From assembly GCA_021813835.1 (NCBI GenBank), contig JAKAJJ010000001.1:1-37142 (forward strand): a stretch of DNA of 37,142 nucleotides. The letters are read 5' to 3'. Positions 26,314 to 35,191 of this stretch are shown here, piece by piece; the first letter of the stretch is position 1, and each line of letters starts with the position of its first letter. The notes under the pieces were generated by a model that did not search any database, had not been told where the DNA came from, and worked only from the letters and a program-made list of their open reading frames with translations. A program made the translations under genes and the position numbers. The DNA comes from a bacterium. Its GTDB lineage: Bacteria; Patescibacteriota; Minisyncoccia; Phycocordibacterales; Phycocordibacteraceae.

Positions 26314-27246
26314 CTATAAAACAAATTTTCGGCCAGTGAATGCGGACGTTATGTGTACGGCAGCATTTCCCCGCACGACCTCGCCAATAATAAAGCTATT
26401 TTTAAATCTCTTGAGAATTGCTCGAACCTCGGATTTCGGAACAGAAAGAACAAAACCGATGCCACAATTGAATGTCGAATACATTGCTTTATCGGAGACA
26501 CCCTTAACGTGAATTTCGTGGAAGATCTTCGGCACGCTCTCTTTCGGCTGTAAAATTATCGCATCGACATTCTTAAGAATATCCTTTAACTTCGTGAACG
26601 CTCCGCCGGTAATATGCATCATTCCATTTACTTTGTGCTGCCCAAGTATCTTAAGTACCTCATCCAAATAAATTCTCGTTGGCTTGATAAATGCCGACTC
26701 GTAATGTTTACCAAATATCTCCCGTACCTTGGTGATGCCGTTTGAATGGAGCCCGCTGCTGGGGAAACCGATAAGCACGTCACCAACCTCGCACTGTTTT
26801 TTGAGACGTTTTCTAAGAAATGCAGAAACGGTAATGCTGATGTCCATGCTGTGTACATCGGAGTGAATCGAGGTCTCGCCTCCGGTCATGGCTATCTTTC
26901 TCTTCTTGCATTCGGACACCAATTTCTTCACTATAGCTAAAATCGCATCATGATCATCCTTGGGCAAGACGATATGGTTTTGGATTGCATACGGAATCGC
27001 TCCGACCATTGCGAGGTCGTTCAGGTTCATCGCGAGCGCATCAATCACGGCGTTCTCGAACGTTCTTTTCTTCCAATGATAGAAACCTTTCGTTCCGATG
27101 CCATCCGTATGCTGGACCTCCCAGAAGGAAAACTGCTTCTTGAAAACTGGATAGAGGCCTGGCTCGACTTTCAAATAGGGCGTATTCCAGGTACTCTCAA
27201 TCAATTTTAAGATTTGACGCTTGTATGGCTTCGTCGGGTTATACAC
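26314..27246 (-). CDS. purM: AIR synthase (PurM)-family protein
   Basis: HTDGIGTK, AMNLNDL, GGET, SSGLHSNG, HITGG, TFNCGIG; low GC. Confidence 0.85.
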   Translation of the reverse strand: MYNPTKPYKRQILKLIESTWNTPYLKVEPGLYPVFKKQFSFWEVQHTDGIGTKGFYHWKKRTFENAVIDALAMNLNDLAMVGAIPYAIQNHIVLPKDDHDAILAIVKKLVSECKKRKIAMTGGETSIHSDVHSMDISITVSAFLRKRLKKQCEVGDVLIGFPSSGLHSNGITKVREIFGKHYESAFIKPTRIYLDEVLKILGQHKVNGMMHITGGAFTKLKDILKNVDAIILQPKESVPKIFHEIHVKGVSDKAMYSTFNCGIGFVLSVPKSEVRAILKRFKNSFIIGEVVRGNAAVHITSAFTGRKFVL

Positions 27247-27281
27247 CTAAACATTGTAGCTCGACATACCTATTTTAAGTA

Positions 27282-27333
27282 CTCGGGTCTGTCCGATAAA
27301 TAATACTTCGGGCGGTGTCTCCGGGATTCGAAC
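27282..27333 (-). repeat. tRNA(Ser)-3'-like att site
   Basis: GTTCGAATCCCGGAGACACCGCC followed by ...TTATCGGAC..CCCGAG; geometry matches 28993-29045. Confidence 0.65.
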
Positions 27334-27406
27334 TTTTGGAGTGAGCCCTTGCGGGCGTTCTTTGGCGGGGTTTCGAGTAGCCCACTTAGGCCTTGGGGTC
27401 GTTACG

Positions 27407-28900
27407 CTACTTTACAACTTTGGCGTCGTAATAGAAATTATTTTTATCCATGCCCTCATATTTGAGACCGTCATTGCTGTCGTCTATCACGACAAAGGAT
27501 GTCGGATCGGCGCCGGAAATTATTGATGATTGGTCGCCACCAATATAATAGACGTTTTTTGAGTCGATACCGTAAAAGTACGGGTAGGTTCGCTGAATCA
27601 CAAAAGTCGCTTTATCCACTCCGGTAATGGGCGTGCCTTCAAAATAGATGTTGTTTGAATCCTCGGCAAAATAACCGTCCGGATCACCCCAAAAGTTTGC
27701 CACATCGGACGATATAGGAAGCATGGTGGTATCCTCGTGAACAGGGCCTACCATATAGACATGCGTGGCATCCTTTCCATAAATGGGATTTATCCATACA
27801 AAAGTGGAAGGATCAGCACCTACCACAATTTTCCCTTCATAATATACGTGCTGGGAATCCTTGGCCATGATTCCATTGTAAGAACCCGCGAGGAGCCCGA
27901 CCTCATCACCGCCAAAAGGATCACCACCTAGAACTTGAAAAGTTTTAGGATCCGCTTCTGCTATTGGGGTGACAATCATAGGATTAATATTCTGTTCTAC
28001 AAAATATACATGCTGAGCATCTTTAGCGTACATCGCGCTGAGAGGTTGAAAAGTTGATGGATCGATATCTGCATCGGACGGCATATCCGCATACGTATAT
28101 GTCCACTCGGTGGAATTTCGCGCTACGCTGGTATCAGACGATGCTGTGCTAGTCGGCACAATAAAATTATTCGGATTGGCACCAGCAATAGGCTGGCCGT
28201 ACTGATACACTGCGTGAGAATCTTTTGCATAATAATTTCCGAGCGAAACGAATGTCGCAAGATTGGCACTCGTAAGAGGCAAAAATCCTTCGTAATTAGG
28301 ATTTGAGATATCTTCATAATAAACGGTCTTGGCATCCTTTCCGTACATTTGATCCAGCATGGTAAATGTCGAGGCGTCGATATTCACGTATAACCGCATT
28401 CCGTCCCGGTAAACATAATTGGTGTCTTTAGCGAATCGCGGATTTGTCGAAATAATTTGGAAAGAATTTAAGTCGGCACCCGTCATGGCATATCTCCCGA
28501 AGAAAACGTGCTGAGCATCTTTGCCGTAGCATACAGAACCCGATACTTGAGCACCTTCGATACCAAAAACGGAAAGCGGACTCGGTGTTATGGATGTGAA
28601 GCTGTTTGCATCGGCACCGAGCACTAAATAAGAGCTGGTAGCGGACACGGCGCTATTTCCCAACGTCAGAAAAACCTTGTCTTGCTGAACGACATAGCAA
28701 GGTGACGAGTCCACACTTTGAACCGTGGAGGATGGAATCATAGTTGAGAAATTATCTCGTTCTATCCAAGCCGCAAATGCTACCGTGGCTATAAGTAGCA
28801 GCACGATCACCCCTACCCATATATAAAATTTGAACCTGCTTTTTGGCACTGGCGCTACAGGCGTAGGCGCGGAATTTTGGTGCTCTGGTGAAGATGGCAT
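27407..28900 (-). CDS. DKNYY-repeat membrane-anchored protein
   Basis: One N-terminal TM; repeated YAKD..VYY...GAD..TF units; low GC. Confidence 0.85.
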   Translation of the reverse strand: MPSSPEHQNSAPTPVAPVPKSRFKFYIWVGVIVLLLIATVAFAAWIERDNFSTMIPSSTVQSVDSSPCYVVQQDKVFLTLGNSAVSATSSYLVLGADANSFTSITPSPLSVFGIEGAQVSGSVCYGKDAQHVFFGRYAMTGADLNSFQIISTNPRFAKDTNYVYRDGMRLYVNIDASTFTMLDQMYGKDAKTVYYEDISNPNYEGFLPLTSANLATFVSLGNYYAKDSHAVYQYGQPIAGANPNNFIVPTSTASSDTSVARNSTEWTYTYADMPSDADIDPSTFQPLSAMYAKDAQHVYFVEQNINPMIVTPIAEADPKTFQVLGGDPFGGDEVGLLAGSYNGIMAKDSQHVYYEGKIVVGADPSTFVWINPIYGKDATHVYMVGPVHEDTTMLPISSDVANFWGDPDGYFAEDSNNIYFEGTPITGVDKATFVIQRTYPYFYGIDSKNVYYIGGDQSSIISGADPTSFVVIDDSNDGLKYEGMDKNNFYYDAKVVK

Positions 28901-28992
28901 GAGTACCTCAACTGTATCAGTTTTAAACCGATTCAAAACTCGGTTATCAACTTACGCGAACCAACCCTCAAGGTCGCACCTTCGCCCTAGGC

Positions 28993-29045
28993 CTCGGGGT
29001 TGGTCCGATAAAAAAGTCTGACTGCGGTGTGAGTAAGTCCAGAAC
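28993..29045 (-). repeat. Second copy of the tRNA(Ser)-like att site
   Basis: GTTC-N11-ACACCGC-N12-TTATCGGAC, same spacing as 27282-27333. Confidence 0.55.
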
Positions 29046-29168
29046 CAGGCCGTTTGAGGCATTGTAAGGGTTTCCCACGGGTTTTGCGAATCGCGGATTT
29101 GAAAGGAGTCGGTCGCCTTCCCAAAATGCAATAAATGCAATACGACGTAGGATTGGTAAGATTGACGC

Positions 29169-29996
29169 ATGGGAAAGGAAATATCAGCACGGGCCGTGGC
29201 CGCATACCTGCCGACGATTATGAAGGCCGTGGCTTCAATCGAGGCCGAGCTCGCCCTATACCCCGACCTTGCCGGTCGGGCCTCTTTACACGTGCTCGGG
29301 CTTGAAAAAGAGACTGGCAGCTCGAACCTGACGCACGCGATGCGCATCATGAACGCGTGGCTCGAAGGCACGAAATTCAAAGCGGATTTCCGCTTCTTCC
29401 ACAAGATTGAGCCTGATGCGGACTGGAATGACATGGTCGCGCTTCTGAATGGCAAGATCACGTCGCACGACACATCCGCGATAGGACCACGGGCGAAAGC
29501 GGCACGTCGTGGAGCCGGTCCTACCATCCAAGGAATTCCTGACGGGGCTGTATGGGACGATATCGAGATACGCTTCCTGAATGCGCACGAGGTCATGGTC
29601 TCGCATAAAGGGAAAGCGCTCGAGAAGCACGGGTACGACCAGCTCGGGTTCGCGGCAAAAAATACGAAAGATCACAGGCCGAACAAGGGGTGGGACTTCC
29701 TCACGAAACTATCGATTGCCACGATGAAGAGTGCCGGCAAGCAGAGGGTCGAGGATATCGCTGCCAAGATGCACGTCACGAGAGGTGCGTGCGCGCAGAT
29801 GAAGAAATCAGCGGCAAAGAACTTGAGGAAGGCATTCGACATCGACGCCGACCCGTTTTACGACTACAAAGTCGTAGGCGAATACCGTCCCAGGTTTAAG
29901 CTCGTTCCGGAACCCGTCCTGCGCGGCGACGGAGAGCTGCACCGATCGGGCCGGAGCCTCCGCGATGACGATCTGCCGGAGGACGACGAAGACTGA
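29169..29996 (+). CDS. Hypothetical protein with C-terminal HTH-like region
   Basis: Long ORF followed by a terminator; VEDIAAKMHVTRGACAQMK HTH-like segment. Confidence 0.7.
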   Translation: MGKEISARAVAAYLPTIMKAVASIEAELALYPDLAGRASLHVLGLEKETGSSNLTHAMRIMNAWLEGTKFKADFRFFHKIEPDADWNDMVALLNGKITSHDTSAIGPRAKAARRGAGPTIQGIPDGAVWDDIEIRFLNAHEVMVSHKGKALEKHGYDQLGFAAKNTKDHRPNKGWDFLTKLSIATMKSAGKQRVEDIAAKMHVTRGACAQMKKSAAKNLRKAFDIDADPFYDYKVVGEYRPRFKLVPEPVLRGDGELHRSGRSLRDDDLPEDDED

Positions 29997-30008
29997 AGCC
30001 GGTCAGGA

Positions 30009-30046
30009 ACGAAAAACGCCGATGAGTTTTCATCGGCGTTTTTCGT
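30009..30046. terminator. Bidirectional terminator
   Basis: 17-bp stem acgaaaaacgccgatga/tcatcggcgtttttcgt. Confidence 0.8.
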
Positions 30047-30147
30047 CTCATCGGGAGAAGGAATGTACGAGTCTGCGCGGTGGAATCGGTTCGTGCTGAG
30101 TTCTCAGCAGATGCTTATAGGAGCGATAACCAGGCTCCGCTACTACC

Positions 30148-31497
30148 ATGGAACCAAGCATCAAAGACAAGCTCAGTATAACATACGTGCCTATCGATTC
30201 GCTGCGTGAAGCGGAATACAGCCCGCGCAGGAAGACCGTGGAAATACAAAAAGTAATCAGAGACAGCTTCGACATGCACGGCCTTATCGATCCCCTCATC
30301 GTCAACAAGGCTCCCGGCCGCGAGAACATTATCATCGGCGGTAACGTCAGATGGATCGTTGCGACATCGGCGGGATTCAAGGAGGTGCCGGTCGTGTACC
30401 TCAACATCCCGGATATCGAGAAGGAGAAAGATCTCTGTCTCCGACTGAACAAAGCCGTCGGCGAATGGGATCTCGATCTCCTCGCGCAGTTTGACGAGGC
30501 GTTCCTCTCGGAGGTGGGCTTCGACAGCCAGGAGCTCGATGAGATCTTCCCGGCCGATGAGAACCCGACGCCGTTCGTGCTCGAGGAAGAGCTCAAGAAG
30601 ATCGGCATCGACGGCGTCACCGTGCAGAAAGGAGATCTGTATGATCTGGACGGGTCCCGGCTGTATGTGGGCGACAGCACGGTTGAAGCGGACATGCTCG
30701 CGCTCATGGGAAACGAGAAGGCAGATATGTGCTTCACCGATCCGCCGTATATTCTGGACTATCTCCACGGCAAAAAGCGCGCCGGCAAGGCGACGGAGGG
30801 CTTCGGTCTTAAGCGCGACCGCAAATACCTTGAGACCGACTCGCTCCCGGATAACTTCACCGACCTCTGGATGGCGAACATCGCCAAGATCCAGAAGCCG
30901 GATTTCTCAATCATCGTCTTCGAGAATCCGAAGAACCTCAAGACGATATGGACGGCGCTCGAGAAGCACTGGAAGTACAGAAGTACGATTACCTGGCACG
31001 TGCCGAACCGCGTGCAGGGCTTCGCCGCCAAACACCGGTTCTTCAACAAGACGGACGTGGCTATCGTCGGCACGGGAGGCGAAGTTGCGCTCAATCTCGA
31101 GCCGGAAGACGAGCTCTTCCAGGGCGAATACGAGAACGCGCTCTTCGCCACCTCGGGCAAACCGCACTGGGAGAGCTATGAGAAAGGCAAGAAAATCCAA
31201 CCGACGGATTTCATCGAACACGTAGCGGCAGACGAGAAGTCCTCGGGTCAGGGCATCATCTTCGGCACGAAGCCCCTCCCGGTACTCATCCCGTACATCA
31301 AGGTACTCACGAAGCGCGGCGACCTCATCGTGGAGCCGTTCGGCGGGAGCGGGTCGACCCTGATTGCCGCGAACACGCTCGGCCGGCGTTGCTTCCTCAT
31401 GGAGAAGGTGCCGACCTACGCGGAGGTCATCCTCAACCGCTGGGAGAAGACCACCGGGAAGAAGCGGGTGAAGATTATCGATGGCACGCAACAGTGA
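30148..31497 (+). CDS. ParB-N-terminal domain fused to an N4/N6 DNA methyltransferase (phage-type)
   Basis: IDPLIVN..IIGGNVR; TDPPY; TKP; EPFGGSGSTL. Confidence 0.9.
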   Translation: MEPSIKDKLSITYVPIDSLREAEYSPRRKTVEIQKVIRDSFDMHGLIDPLIVNKAPGRENIIIGGNVRWIVATSAGFKEVPVVYLNIPDIEKEKDLCLRLNKAVGEWDLDLLAQFDEAFLSEVGFDSQELDEIFPADENPTPFVLEEELKKIGIDGVTVQKGDLYDLDGSRLYVGDSTVEADMLALMGNEKADMCFTDPPYILDYLHGKKRAGKATEGFGLKRDRKYLETDSLPDNFTDLWMANIAKIQKPDFSIIVFENPKNLKTIWTALEKHWKYRSTITWHVPNRVQGFAAKHRFFNKTDVAIVGTGGEVALNLEPEDELFQGEYENALFATSGKPHWESYEKGKKIQPTDFIEHVAADEKSSGQGIIFGTKPLPVLIPYIKVLTKRGDLIVEPFGGSGSTLIAANTLGRRCFLMEKVPTYAEVILNRWEKTTGKKRVKIIDGTQQ

Positions 31498-32002
31498 AGA
31501 CCGGTCCCTATTCCTTCGGAATCTTGCGGAGTACCCCTACATCTACTACGCCGCCAAGAAGTCCGGAATCAATCCGTCCACCATCTACCGGTGGATGGGT
31601 AGCAATCCCGACTTCGCAAAGGAGGTGCGTGCGCTCTTGCGCAACGGGCTGGCGAACCAGAATCAAAAGATCGAGATGGTGCTCGTGAAGAAAGCGCTCG
31701 GCGGCGACCTCGGGGCCATCAAGTTCTATCTGCCCCACAACAGCAAGAAGTATCGGCCGATGAAGTCCGACTTCCCGCCTCCGCCGATTACCGCCGAGGA
31801 GCGCGAGATGTTCCGTGCCGTCTACGAGTGGACGCTCAAGAACAAGCCGATGCCGACCGACATTCGCGAGACTATGATTCACGCATTTCGTGCCAACGGC
31901 CATATCGACGCGGACGGCAAGCTCTCGCAAAAGTTCTACGATACCTTCCACTACTTGCTCAAGGACTGGGGCGCGGAACGGAGCAAACGAAAGTACGGAT
32001 GA
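31481..32002 (+). CDS. HTH protein, terminase-small-subunit-like
   Basis: AAKKSGINPSTIYRW..DF; GDLGAIKFYL; position after the ParB-methylase. Confidence 0.6.
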   Translation: MARNSEDRSLFLRNLAEYPYIYYAAKKSGINPSTIYRWMGSNPDFAKEVRALLRNGLANQNQKIEMVLVKKALGGDLGAIKFYLPHNSKKYRPMKSDFPPPPITAEEREMFRAVYEWTLKNKPMPTDIRETMIHAFRANGHIDADGKLSQKFYDTFHYLLKDWGAERSKRKYG

Positions 32003-32009
32003 CGGATGC

Positions 32010-32798
32010 TTATTTGCTCAAGAGGTTCGGATTGATTGCCGAGGCGTCGAAGTTCACCGTCCAGAGCCCCGGGATGACCTGGTACACGAGCGTGTCCCTG
32101 TCGAGATTCCAGTTGACCTTGTATGCGTCAGAACCGTCGAAGAAAGCGTGGTACACCTTCTGGTCGCTCTGGTTCCCATACTTGTCGATGAGCGGCTCGT
32201 ACGAGGATATCTCGACGGTATAGAGGTCCTTGCGATGCGAGTAGAGGGAGTAGAAGATTTCGGCCATCTGCTCGTCCATCGATGTCTTCGAACCGTCGAT
32301 ATTGAGACTCACGTCGACGGTCCAGCGGGTGTAGTTGGGCGAGCCGTCCGCGTTCCACGGATTGTTCGCGTCGACCGCCTGACTGGTGTCGATGCCGCGG
32401 ATGTACGGCTGGCTGTTCGCGTTGGTACCATGTACGGCGTCATACACGAGCTGCTCAAGTTGTTGGCGCGTTGCGGCAGTCGGATCGGTCTGCGCGCCCT
32501 GCTTCTGCACTACCGGAGCCGGGGCCGCTGTGGCCGTCTTTACCGGCGCCGGAGCAGTCTTGGCGGGCGACGTAGTCGCTGCGGGTTTGGATGTCTCTGT
32601 GGCCGTTTGTGCGGGCGTGCTTGCCTTCGGGAGATTCGGCGTAGTCGCGCCGACGATGAATCCGGATACCAGAATCGCTCCGCCAAAAACGAGTGCGACT
32701 CGCTTACGGGAAGCGAGTCGCACGAGAGACGGACGGACAAGGCCGACGACGAGGGCTCCCATCGATATCAGGAGAATGAATGCAAAGAGTGTACTCAT
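32010..32798 (-). CDS. Membrane-anchored protein (two TM helices, Ala/Thr/Pro linker, extracellular domain)
   Basis: ATG 32798 (MSTLFAFILL); low-complexity linker. Confidence 0.75.
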   Translation of the reverse strand: MSTLFAFILLISMGALVVGLVRPSLVRLASRKRVALVFGGAILVSGFIVGATTPNLPKASTPAQTATETSKPAATTSPAKTAPAPVKTATAAPAPVVQKQGAQTDPTAATRQQLEQLVYDAVHGTNANSQPYIRGIDTSQAVDANNPWNADGSPNYTRWTVDVSLNIDGSKTSMDEQMAEIFYSLYSHRKDLYTVEISSYEPLIDKYGNQSDQKVYHAFFDGSDAYKVNWNLDRDTLVYQVIPGLWTVNFDASAINPNLLSK

Positions 32799-32824
32799 AC
32801 AGGTTACCGAGATTAGGGGTAAAT

Positions 32825-32978
32825 CCTGATGGACGGGTAGCACAAAACCCGCCACCAGGAAGGCCTTGCGGCCTCTATATGAGTTTCCCCATATAACGTA
32901 GGAGACGCCCTGATGACGGGTTTTCTATCTCCTACGATTTGCGACCATGCCCGAGGATTTCTCCCGCAGGTTTAGGCC
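32825..32978 (-). ncRNA. Candidate structured RNA, copy 2, in the 5' leader of 32010..32798
   Basis: Homologous to 2136-2291 with compensatory stem changes; TATCAT -10-like box near 33005-33010 (minus strand). Confidence 0.7.
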
Positions 32979-33037
32979 ATTTTATTCGTGTGTCGAACTC
33001 AGTCATGATAGCCCGTTTTGAGCTATCCTTGAAGACC

Positions 33038-33760
33038 CTAGCTTAGACTCGGAGGTTTGCGAAGGGGCTTATCTACAGCGTCCAGGAATCTCGAAATCCG
33101 ATCAAGATTCGACTGTTGGACTATTCTGGTCATATCAACAAGCGTCTTGAGTTTGCCAAGAATCTCTTCGGAAATTTCCATCGTTCGCGAATATACCCAA
33201 TCAGCAACCGGGTCAGAGAAGAGTTCTGAGTGGAGGGGTTGCACGGACGCCTTCGTCTGCAAGACTCGCCTCTTCACAAGGAATTTCTCGATACCTTGAT
33301 AGAAGCTCCCGACGATTTCTTTCGGCATCCAGTCACCGTCGTGGAGTATGAGATACGAATCACGCTGTCCGTGCGCCAATAGGTTACGGAATGAAAAAAT
33401 GAAATCGAGGTCCTCTTGATCCACCGACGAAAGGAAACTATATAGCTCGAAGCCGAAACTCTCGAAGAGGGTCTTGTACCCATCAAGCGAGCTTGTCCTT
33501 TCAATATTAACGAGCGTCTTAGCTTTCTCGCCAAGTCCGTTTGAATAATGCGGCGCAAATGTGGTCAGAGCATCCTCCAAAAATCCTTCGAGGAAAATCG
33601 CGCTGAACAAAACTATTCCCGCGTTTGCTCCCATCCGGTCATTCTGGTCGGACACCTCGTCTCTACGCGCCCTCAGCCATTTCAAGTGCGGATAGATTAT
33701 CTGGAAATAAACGGGATTCATGAGAAAACCCCCTTGCCGCAACTTCACTGATTTCTTCAT
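33038..33760 (-). CDS. HEPN-like protein (putative RNase)
   Basis: N-terminal helix AIFLEGFLE and R-x4-H motif RNLLAH; lower GC. Confidence 0.6.
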   Translation of the reverse strand: MKKSVKLRQGGFLMNPVYFQIIYPHLKWLRARRDEVSDQNDRMGANAGIVLFSAIFLEGFLEDALTTFAPHYSNGLGEKAKTLVNIERTSSLDGYKTLFESFGFELYSFLSSVDQEDLDFIFSFRNLLAHGQRDSYLILHDGDWMPKEIVGSFYQGIEKFLVKRRVLQTKASVQPLHSELFSDPVADWVYSRTMEISEEILGKLKTLVDMTRIVQQSNLDRISRFLDAVDKPLRKPPSLS

Positions 33761-33859
33761 ACAAAAACTATACGCTTCCAATTGCTGCAATGCGAATGCC
33801 GCTTCCGCGGCATTCGCCGAGCGCCCATCCCGGCCGTTTGGTTAATTAATCAGCGCACG

Positions 33860-34990
33860 TTAGAACAGCACGCGATCCTCAAACAGGACCGAGAGCTGCG
33901 CCATGATCTCGCTCCAGTTGCGGAGCGCCGTCGAGCGACCCTTCGAGAAGTCTGCCTGAGCGAGCCAGAGGAGCTTCAGCAAGGAGTCATCGTGCGGGAA
34001 GACGGTGGTCGTCTTCGTCACCTTCCGGAACTGCCGGTTGAGGTTCTCGATCATGTTCGTGGTGTAGATCATGCGGCGCACCGGAGCGGGATACTCGAAG
34101 AAGGTGGCGAGATCCGGCCACCTCTCCTCCCACGAGCGGAGGTATGCACGGTACTGCGGCCAATGTTCCTTCACGCCTTCGAGAGCCTCTCTGCCTTGAT
34201 CGGCGGTAGCGGCGGTATACACCTCCTTCAGGTCTTTGCAGAACGCCTCGCGATCGTGGAACGGCAGGAACTTCATCGTGTTCCGGATCATGTGCACGAC
34301 GCACACCTGCACGTCCGTGTTCGGATACACCGCCTTGATGGCTTCGGGGAACCCCTTAAGGCCGTCGACGGCGGCGATAAGAATGTCGTCGACGCCTCGG
34401 TTCTTGAGGTCGTTCAGGACGTGCATCCAATACTTCGCACCCTCGGTATCGGTCACCCAGATGCCGAGCACCTCCTTCGCGCCATATGGGTTGATGCCGA
34501 GCGCGATGTACGCGACCTTCGAGGCGATCTTCCCGGCATCGCGCACCTTGAAGTGGATGCCGTCGAGATACACGATCGGGTACATCGCGGAGAGCGGGCG
34601 GGATTGCCACTCCTTCACGAGCGGGAACACTTTGTCCGTGATCGCGGAGACGGCTGGCTGAGAGATGTCGAGACTGTGATGCGCCTTCATATACCGCGAG
34701 ATATCGCGGGTGGTGAGGCCTTTCGCATAGAGCGAGATGACCATCGCTTCGTTGTCATTGGCTACCACGTCATACCACGGTTCGAAGGCGAGATCGTCGC
34801 GGTCGATTGCGGGCGCGCCAAGGCGACGCTTGGCGTATGGCTTCGGGACGTGTTCCTCCTTCGGTTCGGGCTTAGGCACGGCGGCCATCGCGGCGGCTGC
34901 AAATTCCTTCGCGAGCGCGGCGGCGTCCTCGGGCGTACGGATGCCCTTGAGGCGAGTCTGGTATTCTTCGAACGTCAAAGTCTTTTCCAT
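33860..34990 (-). CDS. IS256-family transposase (atypical short N-terminus)
   Basis: SLYAKGLTTRDI, WQSRPL, YLDGIHFKVR, DGLKGF, QVCVVH, IYTTNMIENLN. Confidence 0.92.
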   Translation of the reverse strand: MEKTLTFEEYQTRLKGIRTPEDAAALAKEFAAAAMAAVPKPEPKEEHVPKPYAKRRLGAPAIDRDDLAFEPWYDVVANDNEAMVISLYAKGLTTRDISRYMKAHHSLDISQPAVSAITDKVFPLVKEWQSRPLSAMYPIVYLDGIHFKVRDAGKIASKVAYIALGINPYGAKEVLGIWVTDTEGAKYWMHVLNDLKNRGVDDILIAAVDGLKGFPEAIKAVYPNTDVQVCVVHMIRNTMKFLPFHDREAFCKDLKEVYTAATADQGREALEGVKEHWPQYRAYLRSWEERWPDLATFFEYPAPVRRMIYTTNMIENLNRQFRKVTKTTTVFPHDDSLLKLLWLAQADFSKGRSTALRNWSEIMAQLSVLFEDRVLF

Positions 34991-35191
34991 GTGATTTCAG
35001 GGGTTACGGGCCGGGCGGGCGCCCGTTTCGACATTACGCGTAACCTCATGGAATCAGAATCATTTCGTCTGCCGGCAGGAACGCCAAAGCCGCTCTGGAC
35101 TTGCCGGAGCGGCCGCGTCATCCATTGAGGCATGGAGGCATACGCGACCAGCGCCCCGATGAAGGAAGGCCGGACGATAATCGTCCGGTCC

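Noticed and set aside
27300..27400. Complete tRNA gene at 27.3 kb
   Set aside because: Only the T-loop and 3' acceptor portion is present, with no D-arm or anticodon arm.
32841..32978. c-di-GMP-I or Moco riboswitch identity for the two-copy RNA
   Set aside because: It shares only generic GAAA/receptor-like words (GGCCUAAACC, GCAAA). Helix order and ligand-binding junctions do not match, and GCAAA is absent from copy 1. An Rfam scan is still needed.
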